A DNA stretch of 64,000 nucleotides from Lepidodermella squamata (GCA_047495785.1 JBLDXI010000002.1:2480001-2544000), one strand, 5' to 3'; positions 52,507 through 64,000 are shown, counted from the stretch's first letter. Numbers and translations are program-made. The notes: generated by a model not told the origin, from the sequence alone.

Positions 52507-53898
52507 ATGACTGAAGAGGCACCTGATGATGGTATCGTTGTAACAGCTGACAACGAAATGGAACAAGCTGGGGATCCGAATGAGGCTGCCGATCCTGCGG
52601 AGGAGATTGAAGATGCAAAAGCCGACGAGGAAAGGCTAGACGAAGTCGAAGAGGAGGAGCAACAGGCGCTAGATCTTGCAATGGATAGCCCTGTCGAAGA
52701 TGACGAAGAGCCTCTTCCGCTCACGAAAAAGCGGAGGAAAAAGAAAGATTATTTGATAGATTCAGATCTAGACTCTGATTCGGAGGAGGATGTAATTCTG
52801 GCGAAACTGGGTCCCGGAGAAGCTCCTAATAAAAACGTTGTTGATCCTATTGACTGGAATGCAGCAATTGTCGATCCGGAGTATGACAGAATCAGCAAAG
52901 ATCTTGCTAATAACAAGTGCTGCTCAAATGATTGCTTTCAAGAGCTGTTGGATTTAAGGGCTGTGTACCAAAATCGCACCATGCTCAAAAAGATGGACAA
53001 GAGGTACCGCATCGCGTTTATGCACGGACAACTTTTTACGTATCACAACAGCTTGAAATCAAGCGCCAAAGATGCGAGATGCAACAGCCGCATTACCAAA
53101 TATTACTTCCAAGGAAAAACTATCTGCCTCGACGCGTGGTGCTATGTCAACGGCTTTAACTCGAAAACGTATACCCGATATTTGAATCATGTAAAGAAAA
53201 AGGGATTGGTCCAAATCGAGCACGGCAACAAAGGCAGAGGTCGGCATTTACCTGTTGACTCAACAGCTCGCGTTGAACAGTTTTTGCGCGAAAAGGCGGC
53301 AACGCTCGGGCAAGAAGTTGCACCGAAGCCGTCTAAAAAGTCGGCAGCGGCGCAAAATAACGGAAAACCTGAAAAAGTCATTGTGCCTAACATTTATTTA
53401 CCATCGACCGTGTCGAAGAATGGCTTATACAAGGAGTACAAAGCGGCATTGCCGACTGGCGTTTCTCCTGTGTCTTGGGGATCCTTTTATACGATTTGGA
53501 ACAAAACTCTGCCGAACATGAAGATTCGGAAACCGAAACCACAAGCGGCTACGCCTAAGAAAGACGCATCTCGAGTGAATTCTCAGCGGCAGGTTATGCC
53601 GGAGCCTGAACTTCGCTGTTTCATGAGCTTGCCTCACAAACAGAACAATATTCCACAGCAGCCTCTTCCTGACATGCAAAGAGCGTACATGACATCGCCT
53701 GCGACTTCGCAACACCCGCCTCAGCAACCTCCTCAATCTCAGCAGCCGCCGCAACAGCAAGACGTGGAAGGTGTCTATCCTCCGATGGCAATCGCTGTTC
53801 AACTTCCCGGCCAGCAGCAACAGCAACCGCCGCAGCAGCAGCAACACTCTCAACAGTCCCAACAACAACCGCACTTCCTTCCTCTTTACTATTATTGA
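52507..53898 (+). CDS. Intronless nuclear protein: acidic N-terminus, NLS, transposase-like Cys/DNA-binding region, Q/P-rich tail
   Basis: KKRRKKK; KCCSNDC, Y.FQGKTICLDAW, HGNKG, YLPSTVSK..LYKEY, VSWGSFY.IW...PNMKIRKP resemble (from memory) the N-terminal half of Sola/DUF7869-type transposases. Confidence 0.75.
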   Translation: MTEEAPDDGIVVTADNEMEQAGDPNEAADPAEEIEDAKADEERLDEVEEEEQQALDLAMDSPVEDDEEPLPLTKKRRKKKDYLIDSDLDSDSEEDVILAKLGPGEAPNKNVVDPIDWNAAIVDPEYDRISKDLANNKCCSNDCFQELLDLRAVYQNRTMLKKMDKRYRIAFMHGQLFTYHNSLKSSAKDARCNSRITKYYFQGKTICLDAWCYVNGFNSKTYTRYLNHVKKKGLVQIEHGNKGRGRHLPVDSTARVEQFLREKAATLGQEVAPKPSKKSAAAQNNGKPEKVIVPNIYLPSTVSKNGLYKEYKAALPTGVSPVSWGSFYTIWNKTLPNMKIRKPKPQAATPKKDASRVNSQRQVMPEPELRCFMSLPHKQNNIPQQPLPDMQRAYMTSPATSQHPPQQPPQSQQPPQQQDVEGVYPPMAIAVQLPGQQQQQPPQQQQHSQQSQQQPHFLPLYYY

Positions 53899-55851
53899 GA
53901 AAATCCCTCGTCATAAAATTTGTTGTTTTTCGACTGCAACTAAAATTGTTTTAGAGACATTTGCTCATCACGATTATATATTTAACGCTCTGTCTGCAAA
54001 TCTACTTGTTATATCTTAATGCCATGAAATGTGTATATTTAATACGAAATGTAATAAACGAATTATTATTTACTGACATTTAACCATCTTTTGCCGTGTT
54101 TCGCAATTTTGTTGAGGCCAAAACAATAGCAGAGATGAAAAAGTGAAGCTTAACGGGATGCAGCGATGCATGAGGCGATAATAGGGCTGACGTGTGCGAT
54201 ATGTGCGATAGTGCTTTTTTCAGACTTCGCACCGGAAAAAACATTCAGAGTGTAAAATGTTTCGTTTGTAACTGACGCGAACTGGGCTCCGTTTCCAGAC
54301 CACCTTAAAACTCCTACCACGTGTTTTGCGTCGTCATGCTGCAGTTCAATCGAACCCAGTGATGAACTATGAACTAAGACTTCTATACGAAATCGATTGG
54401 CTATAATAGATCGAAGCTTAACCTTTGTCAAGATCTGTTCAGCAGGCAATAGATGTTTCATCAAGTTACCACAAGCTCATGCGAGATTCAGACAAATCTT
54501 ACATTCATGACGTGGTTAGTGAAAAAGCTGAATATCTGTTACATAGGTATATTTAATCGAATCAACAGCTTGAGCGGTAAATAATGGAGCTACATCAGCA
54601 TCGTAAGTTGAGAATAAAAAGCTGCGATATCTCAAGAGCTTTTGTTCCTCAAATAGTGTTGGATGGACGAATTTCCTTACAATTGCGTCGATTAGAATGA
54701 ATAATAAAGCTGAGTTTATTGTTTGAGGTGCCGAAAAGTCGAATGCAAGATCGTATACATCACTGTTTTAAGAAAACAGTTGACAAGTAGAAAGTCTTTG
54801 TTCCTGCTAAAAAAGTGAAATACCACTTGTCATTGATGAAACTATAGCTCACTATCAAATTCGCAGTATCTCTAACCTACAGTCAGAGTCAGATGACTCA
54901 AAATAAACAAGCAAATCCTTTTCACTTGTTGGAACCACGAGTTCATTTTCATTCAAGACGTTTGATTCGGCTCTCCTCCGCCCCTGCGGCAATCTTACGT
55001 CGGCCTCGGCTTGCTTCAATTAGCAGCGCAGCTCTTCTGCCTGTGTTAACCCTGCTAAATGAAATATCCACCTAGCAACTGAAATTCAAAACAAGCAGGC
55101 ATCGCGCATTATTACTACTAACAAACGCCTCGCTAACCGGCCGGTGGAATTTGGCAACGAGCCAGTTGAACTCGGTAAAAAAAAATAAAAAATTCCACCG
55201 GTCCTTAAAAAAAAAACAAGAAATGCGCGCAAATATGCCCGAGCCCAGTAAATTGCCCTGGGCCAAACAGGACGGTGACTCAATCTCCAACAATAGGAAA
55301 AATTACGCGAAAAGATCTGTGAAAATTCTTATGCACTCTTAGCTTGAAATCCACACCAAATTTCTCATGCAGCTCAAAGTTCCCCATTTTCCAGTCGATA
55401 TAAAAACTAAATTAGTGATTGAAAAGTCCAGACTGCTTAGGGAAAGTCATTCGTTCGGTTTATTAAAACATTACGCGACCCGTTTCATTCTCGGTAAAAT
55501 GTCTCCTTCGAAAGAACACGTACATGGCAATATTTCATCACGTATCAGCAGTTCAAATAATTTCCTTTCGGAAGCACGATTTCACCGTCATTTCATGAAA
55601 CGACAAAACAATATCTCAGAAAATACGTAATAATTCAACCAGCATTATATGAACGGCATTGCATTATAAAACTATTAGCAAACCACTTCAAGTAAAAAAT
55701 AAACTAAAGCAATATTTTATCTATTTTGGGGACAAAGAACACAACCAGACTTCTTGCATCGTGTGATTTGGACTCTGCTGCATTGGAATAAATGGCAAAT
55801 TTCTGTATTAAAGACAACATAATCGTTTAATGTAAAATGAATAGCTTTTGG

Positions 55852-56148
55852 TTAACCTGGGCAATTCGCGGTCGATGCTGAACAATTACGCTTGTGTATG
55901 ATCACGTTCCTAAAAAGATCTTCCAAGTCCACCCACATGGTATCTGTAATTTCATCAGTCCTCTCGCGAATTTCATCAGGAATCAGTTGTCCATCGCATT
56001 TGTTGTGCCAGTAAATAAAGCAGTGAAAGATGAAAGCTTGATGTGACACATTGTTATAGACGATTTCTCCGAGCTCCAAGCCGGGAAAATCTCTGATTGT
56101 CAATCTCATCTCGGCGGTGGCATCTATACAAGCAAATAAGTCGATGTC
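55852..56148 (-). CDS. Probable coding exon of an unresolved small gene
   Basis: TTTTCAG acceptor then open frame DIDLFACIDATAEMRLTIRDFPGLELGEIVYNN...; flanking exons not resolved. Confidence 0.35.
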   Translation of the reverse strand, partial: DIDLFACIDATAEMRLTIRDFPGLELGEIVYNNVSHQAFIFHCFIYWHNKCDGQLIPDEIRERTDEITDTMWVDLEDLFRNVIIHKRNCSASTANCPG

Positions 56149-56989
56149 CTGAAAAATTCAAGATTTCCAATCAGCAAATAGTTTATTAAGCTCAGGGATA
56201 AATTACCACTTTTATGGATTCCCAATTGGAAAATTCCATGCCTGGTTTCAGTATAACACAAATTCAACAAACACCTATGAGGAAAACATTGGAAAATGCA
56301 GTTTGTTGAGGCTATCATTAAGACATCATGTTTTCTACTCATTTATCAATAATGGAATATTAATTTTGAGTATAATAATGTTCGATGAATCGAAGGAAGT
56401 CGTCATAGCTACGAGATTATGTGCCATTTATGTGTTTTTCAATTGATTTTTGAAGTGCGTAACTTATTTTCTTTTTACGGCGGTCCTCCCAATGAAATCT
56501 GTATTTCAAAATTCGAACGGGAACATGATTTGCCATCTGTAACCCGGTACTCGCTACAAATATTTACGGTTAACTGCCATGAACAGATTAAATGGTACAT
56601 TGAGAGTTATGACTCATTAATTTTATTTAAAACCGTAGCGTGGCAACCGGATGTTGCTGACGCCGAAAAACAACGAAAAACACGCGTATACTAGTGCCAT
56701 TTTTCGTTTAAATTGCATCCCAAAAAATGGTTGCATTAACTTCGCATTAACTTTAGAAATAGATGGTACCGATGAAGCGGCAGTTAGAAAAATTAAATAA
56801 ATTTGAATAACTCAGAACTAAACTTGTTTTCGTAGCTAGTACACATTCTTTTCCCATAGATTTTGAATTTGTAAACAGCACGTTATCTCTCAGCTATAAC
56901 CAGTTTATAAAATTCAGAAAATGTAATGCTTAAGTACGTTATTAAGGCTATTAAAATTTATAATTGCACAGGTGAGAAATAAATCAGAA

Positions 56990-59334
56990 TCATTGTTGCT
57001 GCTCAGCCATGTACATAACATTGGTAAAGCTGAAGTTTCGAAACAGTCTTCCGCCCATGGTCTGGGCGATTCCGTCTTCAATCGTCGACAACACGATAGG
57101 TGCGTTCAGAAAATCGCCCTCAAAATAACTGACGTCCACCTCATCAACTTCATCCCTAATCGTGACTGGAATTTTCCGCTCGACGCGGGGCGGTAAGAGT
57201 GGCGGAGGTTCAGCACTCCCAGATTCAATCAAGCGCCAGTCAATGGATGCAAAAAATGGCTGGTCTCGAAGTCGGCCGGCCGGGCATTTTGGGCTCCCCA
57301 GTCGCAGATCGGGATTTCTCTCGAATAGCAGCTTCAAAATGGACTTGGCGCCTTGGTCCTCAATTTCGTCATAATACGGCTGAGATGGATCTTCGTATTG
57401 CTGCGCTAGCATTGTGTAAATGTCAGGGCCGGACTCGGTCAGGAAAGGAACAAGGCCAACCAGCATTTCGTAGAGAAAAGCTCCGAATGCCCACCAGTCG
57501 ACTGGGTAAGAATAGCTTTTTCGATACACGATCTCTGGCGCCATGTGCGATGGGGTGCCGCAAATGGTTCGAGTTCCATGGTCGTTGTAATCGTCCTTGG
57601 ACAACCCGAAATCAATCAAGCGGATATGTCCCGACAAATCCAACATGACGTTGTCGGACTTCAGATCGCGGTATATTATGCGCTTTTCATGAAGATAGTT
57701 CAACGCACAAACCACCTAAAAATTTGTCAATCTCTGAGTGGAATAATAACAATAACGGGTGAATAAACTACCTCTGCTCCATAAAAACGGGCGCGATCAA
57801 CCTCGAAAAAACCATATTGTGACAGTAGTTGAAGATGGAACATGATCGCACCCCCAGCAACAAAATCCACAGCGTAAACTGTTACAAAAATTCGAACTTA
57901 AAATCTTCCAGCTTCGGTATTATGTAAACCTACACAAGTGGCTGCTTGATTGGAATGTACACAGCATGTGGAGCAGAAACGGCGATTTTGAACTAGCCTG
58001 TAAAACTCGTAGCTCGGCTTTTGTGATCTCCAAGTGCGTAGCAATTCTGTCTTTGCGAACAGCTTTCAGAGCAACGTATTTCGGTCGCAGGTCATCTGCT
58101 GTATTTGAGTGAGCTGTGAAACGCGCAAGATAAACTTTTCCGTAGCTGCCTTGGCCCAAGAGGCATATTATTTGAAAATTCGGCAAATTGTACGGCTCGG
58201 GAGGGCGCAACCAGCTGGGTGCCTTGTTTTTTCTTTCAACGGCATCAGAGTCCAAAAAGTGCGCAGGATATTGGTATGTGGTGTAGTCAGCTTCTTCCTC
58301 TTCAATATCCCCCGTAACATCAAGCTTGTCCCCAAAGCCAACACTTGCTGCAGTTATTCTTGCACGACAAACCTGCTCAACAGCTTCCGAGCAAACCAAG
58401 TGAACACTGATGCTGCAAAATTTGCACTTTTGCGATGGAGTGCACATCCACATTAAACGTCTGTCGCCTGAACATCGCTTCGGCGCCACGCAAGTAGTCG
58501 GTACAAACTCGTGAGGCAGTTGCTGGAAGTTATAGGTTTAATTTACCGCTCCAGTCAAGGTAAAAAATGTCGGCTCTTACCTGCCTAGGGCAGATCGGGA
58601 AATCTTCATTCCAGCAAGATTTGTGTATGGTTAGCCGGCAAACTGCAAAACGTTTTATAGCAAGATTAACTAATGTTTTCGTGTCCTTACATCGGCACCG
58701 TAATCCTGGTCTTTGAAATCCCCTAATTGAAAAAATGAATCCGTGACTGATGTTAAATCACTTAGTTAGGCGTGTCTAGTTAGGTCATGTGCTATGTTGA
58801 AGCGAATTGTTAGTATTTCCCGAACCTTCTTATGTGTTCTAAATTCAAACCAAAAGACTTCATTGCAAGCCGAGCAAGTCGTCAATTCCGGAAACAAGTG
58901 AACTTCAAAATGATGCCCCAATTTAACATATGTCCTAGCCATTCTTTGAGCCCCTCTGCGCCACAAGGCGCGATCTCTTTGAGGGCAGGCTTGAGCAACA
59001 AGAGTGATAGATCCATTCGGGATGAGTTCTCTCTTGAACATGTGGGGAATTTGTTTTAGCAAGAAATAAATACACAACTTACGGTAATTATTGCACGGCC
59101 ACCTCTCCGTGAGTAGCAGGTTTCCAGACACTCTTTAAGGTTAAAGATACAACGCGCCAGGACTTCGCTATGCTCACTCTCCATCAACGACACCTCTACC
59201 ATTCTTTCAGGTGGAGAGACGGTATTGTCAAAAAATAATCCCAATCCTCTGAAAAAAGGAGGCCTCTCAGGAACTGAAAAAGATGAAATGAGACTTCTTA
59301 CACACTTGCAAAAAAAACTAACCCAGCTCGCCAT
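56990..59334 (-). CDS. Novel-type protein kinase C (delta/theta-like), multi-exon
   Basis: Pseudosubstrate RRGAQR; C1 domains (HHF..CSAC..W; HEF..C..C); GQGSYG, VALK, YRDLKSDN, DFG, TICGTP; hydrophobic motif FRNFSF. Confidence 0.92.
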
Positions 59335-60796
59335 CTTTCATCAAACCACGGCGAATAGCAAAAATGCCAGCGTTGAAGTTTTCCACCGACTGAACAAATA
59401 ATCTGACGAATACCTCCTGGTTCGCTGGTCGACTCATAACTAGATAATTTGAATCGTAAACCACTAAAGAAAGCGATTGCGACAAGTTGAATACAGACTG
59501 AGCTTAAATTAGATTAATTGCAGTATATAAAGATAGAGATAGCTAGAAGACGGTTGGGCAGAAAATTGCCTCGGGGTGCCTTATACAAATGGAAAGAGTT
59601 ACGCGAATATTTCGAGCAGAAAATCATAGAAACGCATAGATCAGAGGATAAAAATATCCGAAAATGCGAAATGCGAAGGTGATCGATGGCGAAGGGATAA
59701 TCTCTCCACCTGCACAAGTAAAATATACATAAATAGAGTCATGTCCTTTAAACTCTGTGACTTGCGGTAACCAAAACAAACATTAAACATTATCTTCGCC
59801 ATTCGTCCATTCGGCGTTGAAAAATTCGGCAGGCTCGTCAAGGGCCTTGGGAGTTCAATTTTCAGGGCGGCTTTGATAGAAATTCAACTGATAATCCATT
59901 GATAGAAGACAGAAGAATGTGCTCTTGTATGCAGGTGGTAGCTTCACCGGCTACCATCTCACTACAGCAAGCAGTTGGGGACATGAGAGTTCGCACAGCA
60001 GCAAAAAATAATGAAGGAAGTCGCCGTCAGATATTTTGGCGCGCATTTAGCTCTAATTGTTCTTCAGAAATAAAATTAAAAAAAATTTAGATTATTATTA
60101 TATAAATTGTTTTCAATAATAGATAACATCGCGCATAAAAAATATTTATTTAGAAAAATCTGTTGTTAAGTTCAGTTTTTCGGGTTTTCGGTCCGTGTGT
60201 ATACCCTTTTGCCTCCTGCGGTTTTTTCTTAGGTGTTCGACAGGACTGGAACGGCTCATGCCGAGCCGCAATCTGGGTTCGAAGAAACGGGAAATCCACA
60301 GGTCCCTGTCCAGCCTTCGTCTTTTGTCTTTTGAGAGTGAGCTGCTCACAGCTCACACACGGCTCGCGGCATTTACTCTCTCCTATTCTCCTCACTCTGC
60401 GTTACACACGCCCGATGCCCGATAAGCATGAAGCCTCTGGTGGCTGGTGGGGTCTTAAAATCTGAAGTAGTGGCGCCGTCGTTGACCTGAGCAAACGATA
60501 CGGTTGTATTCGCAGAGGTAGCTAAGGATGCACATTTGGGCCGCCATGACTCTCAATGGTTGTCTCGCTCGAGAGGTGGGGAAGCCCACATAGGCGGTTT
60601 TCTGCGAAAAGCGAAAAGGCTTATATAAACTCGAGCGGGGTTCGGCACCACATACTATGGTGTCAAATCTCCACTAGAGTGGGAGGAATTAAGAGTGGGT
60701 AGCCAGCTCACCCTCAGATCTTCCATTCTTGTCATCTTCGTCTTCGTATCTCGCTGACATTTTAAACAACCTTTCATTTGATAGAGATTACGTTGA

Positions 60797-61882
60797 ATGA
60801 ATTCAAAAGCGAGATCTGCAGCATTGCATACATCAGTTCCGGCTAAGAAGCAGCAAGCGAAATCGCAGAAGCCTCCTTTGAATGCCGAAGGCAATATCAG
60901 ACCTGCTGCCACTCGCGTGATTAAAGATTTGTCATCGGTTGAAAATTCTAGTCCGAAATCTCCTCAGGCTTCGAAGCTGTTGCGTGACTTCCGGTACGGC
61001 CCTCCGAAATCCGTCGCAGAAATTCCGTCATCTGATGAGAATCGGAAAGCCTTCTGGTGGATCGAGACATCAGATTCTGCTCCTATCCAACTTCCTAAGC
61101 TATCCGATAAAGACGATGATAGTGGCCCACGAGTCAGCAGCATATCTGCGTCGAATTCATCAAACGACGTTGAACAAGAGGGAGAGGATAGCCAAAGCAA
61201 TCAAGAACCACCTTTCCGTCCGATGCACACCGACATCATTACTGATACTAACCGCCGGGTCGTAGCATCTCGAGCCGCTATGGAGCGTGAAGAGGAGGGC
61301 GATATGCACACAGCGGGCGCTGGTGATATTTTGTACCGTTGGCGGTTGAGGCGAAGGCTCGAACTTTATTCTGCCTCCAAAGATGTCACAACACCGATAG
61401 CTACCCGTTCCACTTCAGCTTTCTCATTTACTGAGACTTGTAAAAGTTCAGAGAAAGAAACTCAAGCATCTATGGGCGTAGATGTTGCTACCCAGGCCGA
61501 GGTCGCGCCGTGTCATGCTGCTTCGAGAAGCGATCATAGTCAATCTACGTTTTCGACGATCAGAGAGCCATCTCCTATGACCAAGGACGACTTTGAAGCC
61601 ATTTTACATCGCAGTGCTGAAAAAGCTAATAACTCGGGATCAGAATATACCAAGCAAGTATTGGATAGCATTGCCAGGAGACTGTTCTCCGCGACCACGC
61701 AGTCCCCATCTCCTGACGTCAAGCCAAAGCAGGAATCAATGAAGAAATCCGAGCGACCAAAATCAGTCTCTTTCATGCATCATCCGGATGAATTGAACGA
61801 CAATCTTCTTTCGTGTTTATTAAACCGGCGAGCCTTATTGCTGGCTGCGCTCGATAGAATCGATAGCGTTTTATACTCATGA
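60797..61882 (+). CDS. PROSER3-like Pro/Ser-rich protein (may have an upstream exon)
   Basis: Low-complexity protein with islands DFRYGPPKS..FWW, DILYRWRLRRRLE and a C-terminal D.LL..L..RR..L helix, as I recall for PROSER3 orthologues. Confidence 0.6.
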   Translation: MNSKARSAALHTSVPAKKQQAKSQKPPLNAEGNIRPAATRVIKDLSSVENSSPKSPQASKLLRDFRYGPPKSVAEIPSSDENRKAFWWIETSDSAPIQLPKLSDKDDDSGPRVSSISASNSSNDVEQEGEDSQSNQEPPFRPMHTDIITDTNRRVVASRAAMEREEEGDMHTAGAGDILYRWRLRRRLELYSASKDVTTPIATRSTSAFSFTETCKSSEKETQASMGVDVATQAEVAPCHAASRSDHSQSTFSTIREPSPMTKDDFEAILHRSAEKANNSGSEYTKQVLDSIARRLFSATTQSPSPDVKPKQESMKKSERPKSVSFMHHPDELNDNLLSCLLNRRALLLAALDRIDSVLYS

Positions 61883-62011
61883 TTTTTACTAGTTGTGATA
61901 TTACCTGTTTTTCTCACAATGCTCAATTTTTCACGAATTCGTGTGAATCAAACTGCAACTCTTGTTACAATTCTGTGGTTTTTCTTTAGAGGCTGTTAAT
62001 TGCTCAATTTT

Positions 62012-64000
62012 ATGGCTAATACAGCAAACCTGGCAGATTTAGCTCACCGCGAGTACCAAGCCGGGAATTACGAAAGAGCGGAGCATTATTGCCTTCGCTT
62101 GTGGCAACAAGAACCCGATAACACAGCTGCTCTACTATTGCTAGCTTCAATTCATTTTCAAGCTGGCGAACTCGACAAATCTTCACACTACAGCCAGTTG
62201 GCGATTCGGTTGGATCCAATGTTAGCAGAAGCCTACAGCAATTTGGGCAATGTTCATAAACAGCGCGGACAGTTGGTCGACGCATTGCGAAACTATCAAA
62301 ACGCCGTTCGTTTAAAGCCAAATTTTGTGGACGGCTACTTGAATATGGCAGCTGCCATGGTGGCTGCCGGAGACCTGGAACAAGCGATTCAAGCATATAT
62401 CACAGTCTTAACAATCAATCCAGTGAGTTTAAATTCAAATGAGTTCGATTGATTTTTATATTTCTGTGCGATATATTTCAGGATCTATATTGCGTTCGAA
62501 GTGATTTGGGGAATTTATTCAAGGCCCTTGGAAAGCTCGATGAAGCCAAGGTTTGTTGTGTTTCTCATCTTATTTTATGTATAGGCCACTAACATAGCTT
62601 CACTATTTATGATTTCCTATATGGTTACGGCTTGAAAGATATATGAGATCACTTAATAACATGTTTATTTTGATGCTTTTCTTCACACCAACAACAGGCA
62701 TCAGCTCGAGTATCAAGTTGTTATCTATTGACTACGTAGAAAATACCCAGAAACTCGAGCTGTTTCACGGGGGCTTGAAATTGCAAAATTTGTGGGTTTC
62801 TAATTTCTTTCTTCAAAGAAATTCATGATGTGTTAAACGGCTTGGGTTCTATGTATAAATGAAGTCAAAGTGGAGGTGATGCCCGCTTCCTACTCGATGC
62901 CGAGCCACGCGCAATCTCTTCTCGCCTGGAAAGGTTTAAATTGATTCTTTCTGCCTGAAGGTAAGGCGGCGGTCTCAATCACTACCACGCTGATTGTATG
63001 TTTGCTGTTGATATCATACACATAACGGCTTGCGATTTTGATCCGCTATACCCAATCTCAAAAAACTTGAAATCTGGATCAACTTGAAGAATTTTACATT
63101 TTCCTGCAATTTGACGTGATTACCCCGACCATACGTTATGGAACCATCTTTGCAATGTTTGAACGAGTCGCGAAATCAGTCCAATCAATTGTAAATGAAC
63201 CTAATTTTACGTGTGATGTTCGAAATTGGACTGGAGACGTGACATAGTGTGGAGTTCTTCGCAAAGATTTGAATGGCTGTTATTCAAATATAAGTGAATC
63301 AGCCAAATTTATTGCGACGAGTTTCACTGAATTTTTCTGCAAAAGTGGTTTTACAACGTTGAAGGCGCCGTTAAAATCGCATGCAATTGTCTAATAATTC
63401 CATTTCAGGAGCTGGTGTGATATTGAGAACTTGACATTAATATTGTTTTTATTGCGGCTGATCCAGGCTTGTTACGTGAAAGCTATCGAATCTCAGCCGA
63501 CGTTTGCTGTCGCCTGGTCAAATCTGGGTTGCATTTTCAACGCCCAGGGCGAAATTTGGCTAGCGATCCATCATTTTGAAAAAGCCGTCCAGCTCGACCC
63601 GTCTTTCGTCGACGCCCACATCAACCTCGCGAACGTCCTTAAGGAGGCTCGAATTCTCGACCGAGCAGCTACTGCCTATGTCAGAGCGTTACAGTTGTGC
63701 CCGAATAATGCTGTTGTACTCGGAAACCTGGCCTGCGTGTATTACGAGCAGGGCCACATTGAATTAGCCGTTGAAACTTACAGAAGGGCGATAGAATTAC
63801 AGCCTAATTTTCCTGACGCCTACTGCAACTTGGCGAATGCTTTGAAGGAACAAGGACGGGTGGCTGATGCTGAAAGGTGTTACGAAACTGCTTTACGGCT
63901 ATCCCCAGGTCACGCGGATTCACTCAAGTATGAATGATTAAAATTAAAAAATTTTAAGGCGGAATTTTATATTTTTTTCAGTAATCTTGCCAATATCCGT
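62012..64000 (+). CDS. OGT: O-GlcNAc transferase, 5' TPR region (exons 62012-62422, 62482-62550, 63467-63927, 63982->end)
   Basis: [12 protein letters not shown]...[59 protein letters not shown], near-identical to animal OGT TPRs. Confidence 0.97.

Larger units (their letters stand above)
2658..63962. other. Dispersed 9-bp motif TTAAGGNGG / CCNCCTTAA (at least 26 copies)
   Basis: Copies start at 2658, 3054, 3112, 5829, 11461, 12481, 14478, 21966, 23338, 23440, 24183, 24271, 26004, 28696, 29377, 30080, 30156, 31154, 31300, 31799, 32627, 33746, 34805, 54300, 63639, 63954 (manual scan). Confidence 0.85.

Noticed and set aside
54150-55075. Possible minus-strand gene downstream of the 52507 gene
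   Set aside because: Could not build a stop-free spliced model; no recognisable motif.
2658-63962. CCNCCTTAA as a U12 (minor spliceosome) branch point
   Set aside because: It resembles TCCTTAAC but occurs in both orientations, in exons and 3' flanks, and host introns lack the U12 donor RTATCCT.
12504-64000. Functional clustering of NAGK with OGT, and lipin with PKC
   Set aside because: Separated by unrelated genes; chance is sufficient without synteny evidence.

Overview
Gene-dense animal (metazoan) genomic DNA with short AT-rich GT-AG introns, mostly about 45-60 bp. The two-DBD nuclear receptor suggests an invertebrate, possibly a spiralian (inference). Conserved genes: cytoplasmic dynein heavy chain, two tandem N-acetylglucosamine kinases, lipin, a novel-type PKC (delta/theta-like), a PROSER3-like gene and the 5' part of OGT. 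Unusual domain architectures reconstructed by hand-splicing: signal peptide + Frizzled CRD + KCTD-type BTB; a nuclear receptor with two DNA-binding domains; a secreted protein with 8 Myxococcus-type Cys-rich repeats, a mucin stalk and a Kunitz domain; RING-B-box-ankyrin; a core-only CBP/p300 acetyltransferase bracketed by related inverted-repeat elements; and a probably transposase-derived Q-rich protein. The strongest unexplained signal is a 9-bp motif, TTAAGGNGG / CCNCCTTAA. I counted at least 26 copies by eye against roughly 2 expected. It lies on both strands in introns, just past stop codons and inside coding exons, and I did not find it in a ~19 kb block. The OGT intron at the position of the human detained intron 4 is exceptionally long (916 bp) and contains unused splice donors.
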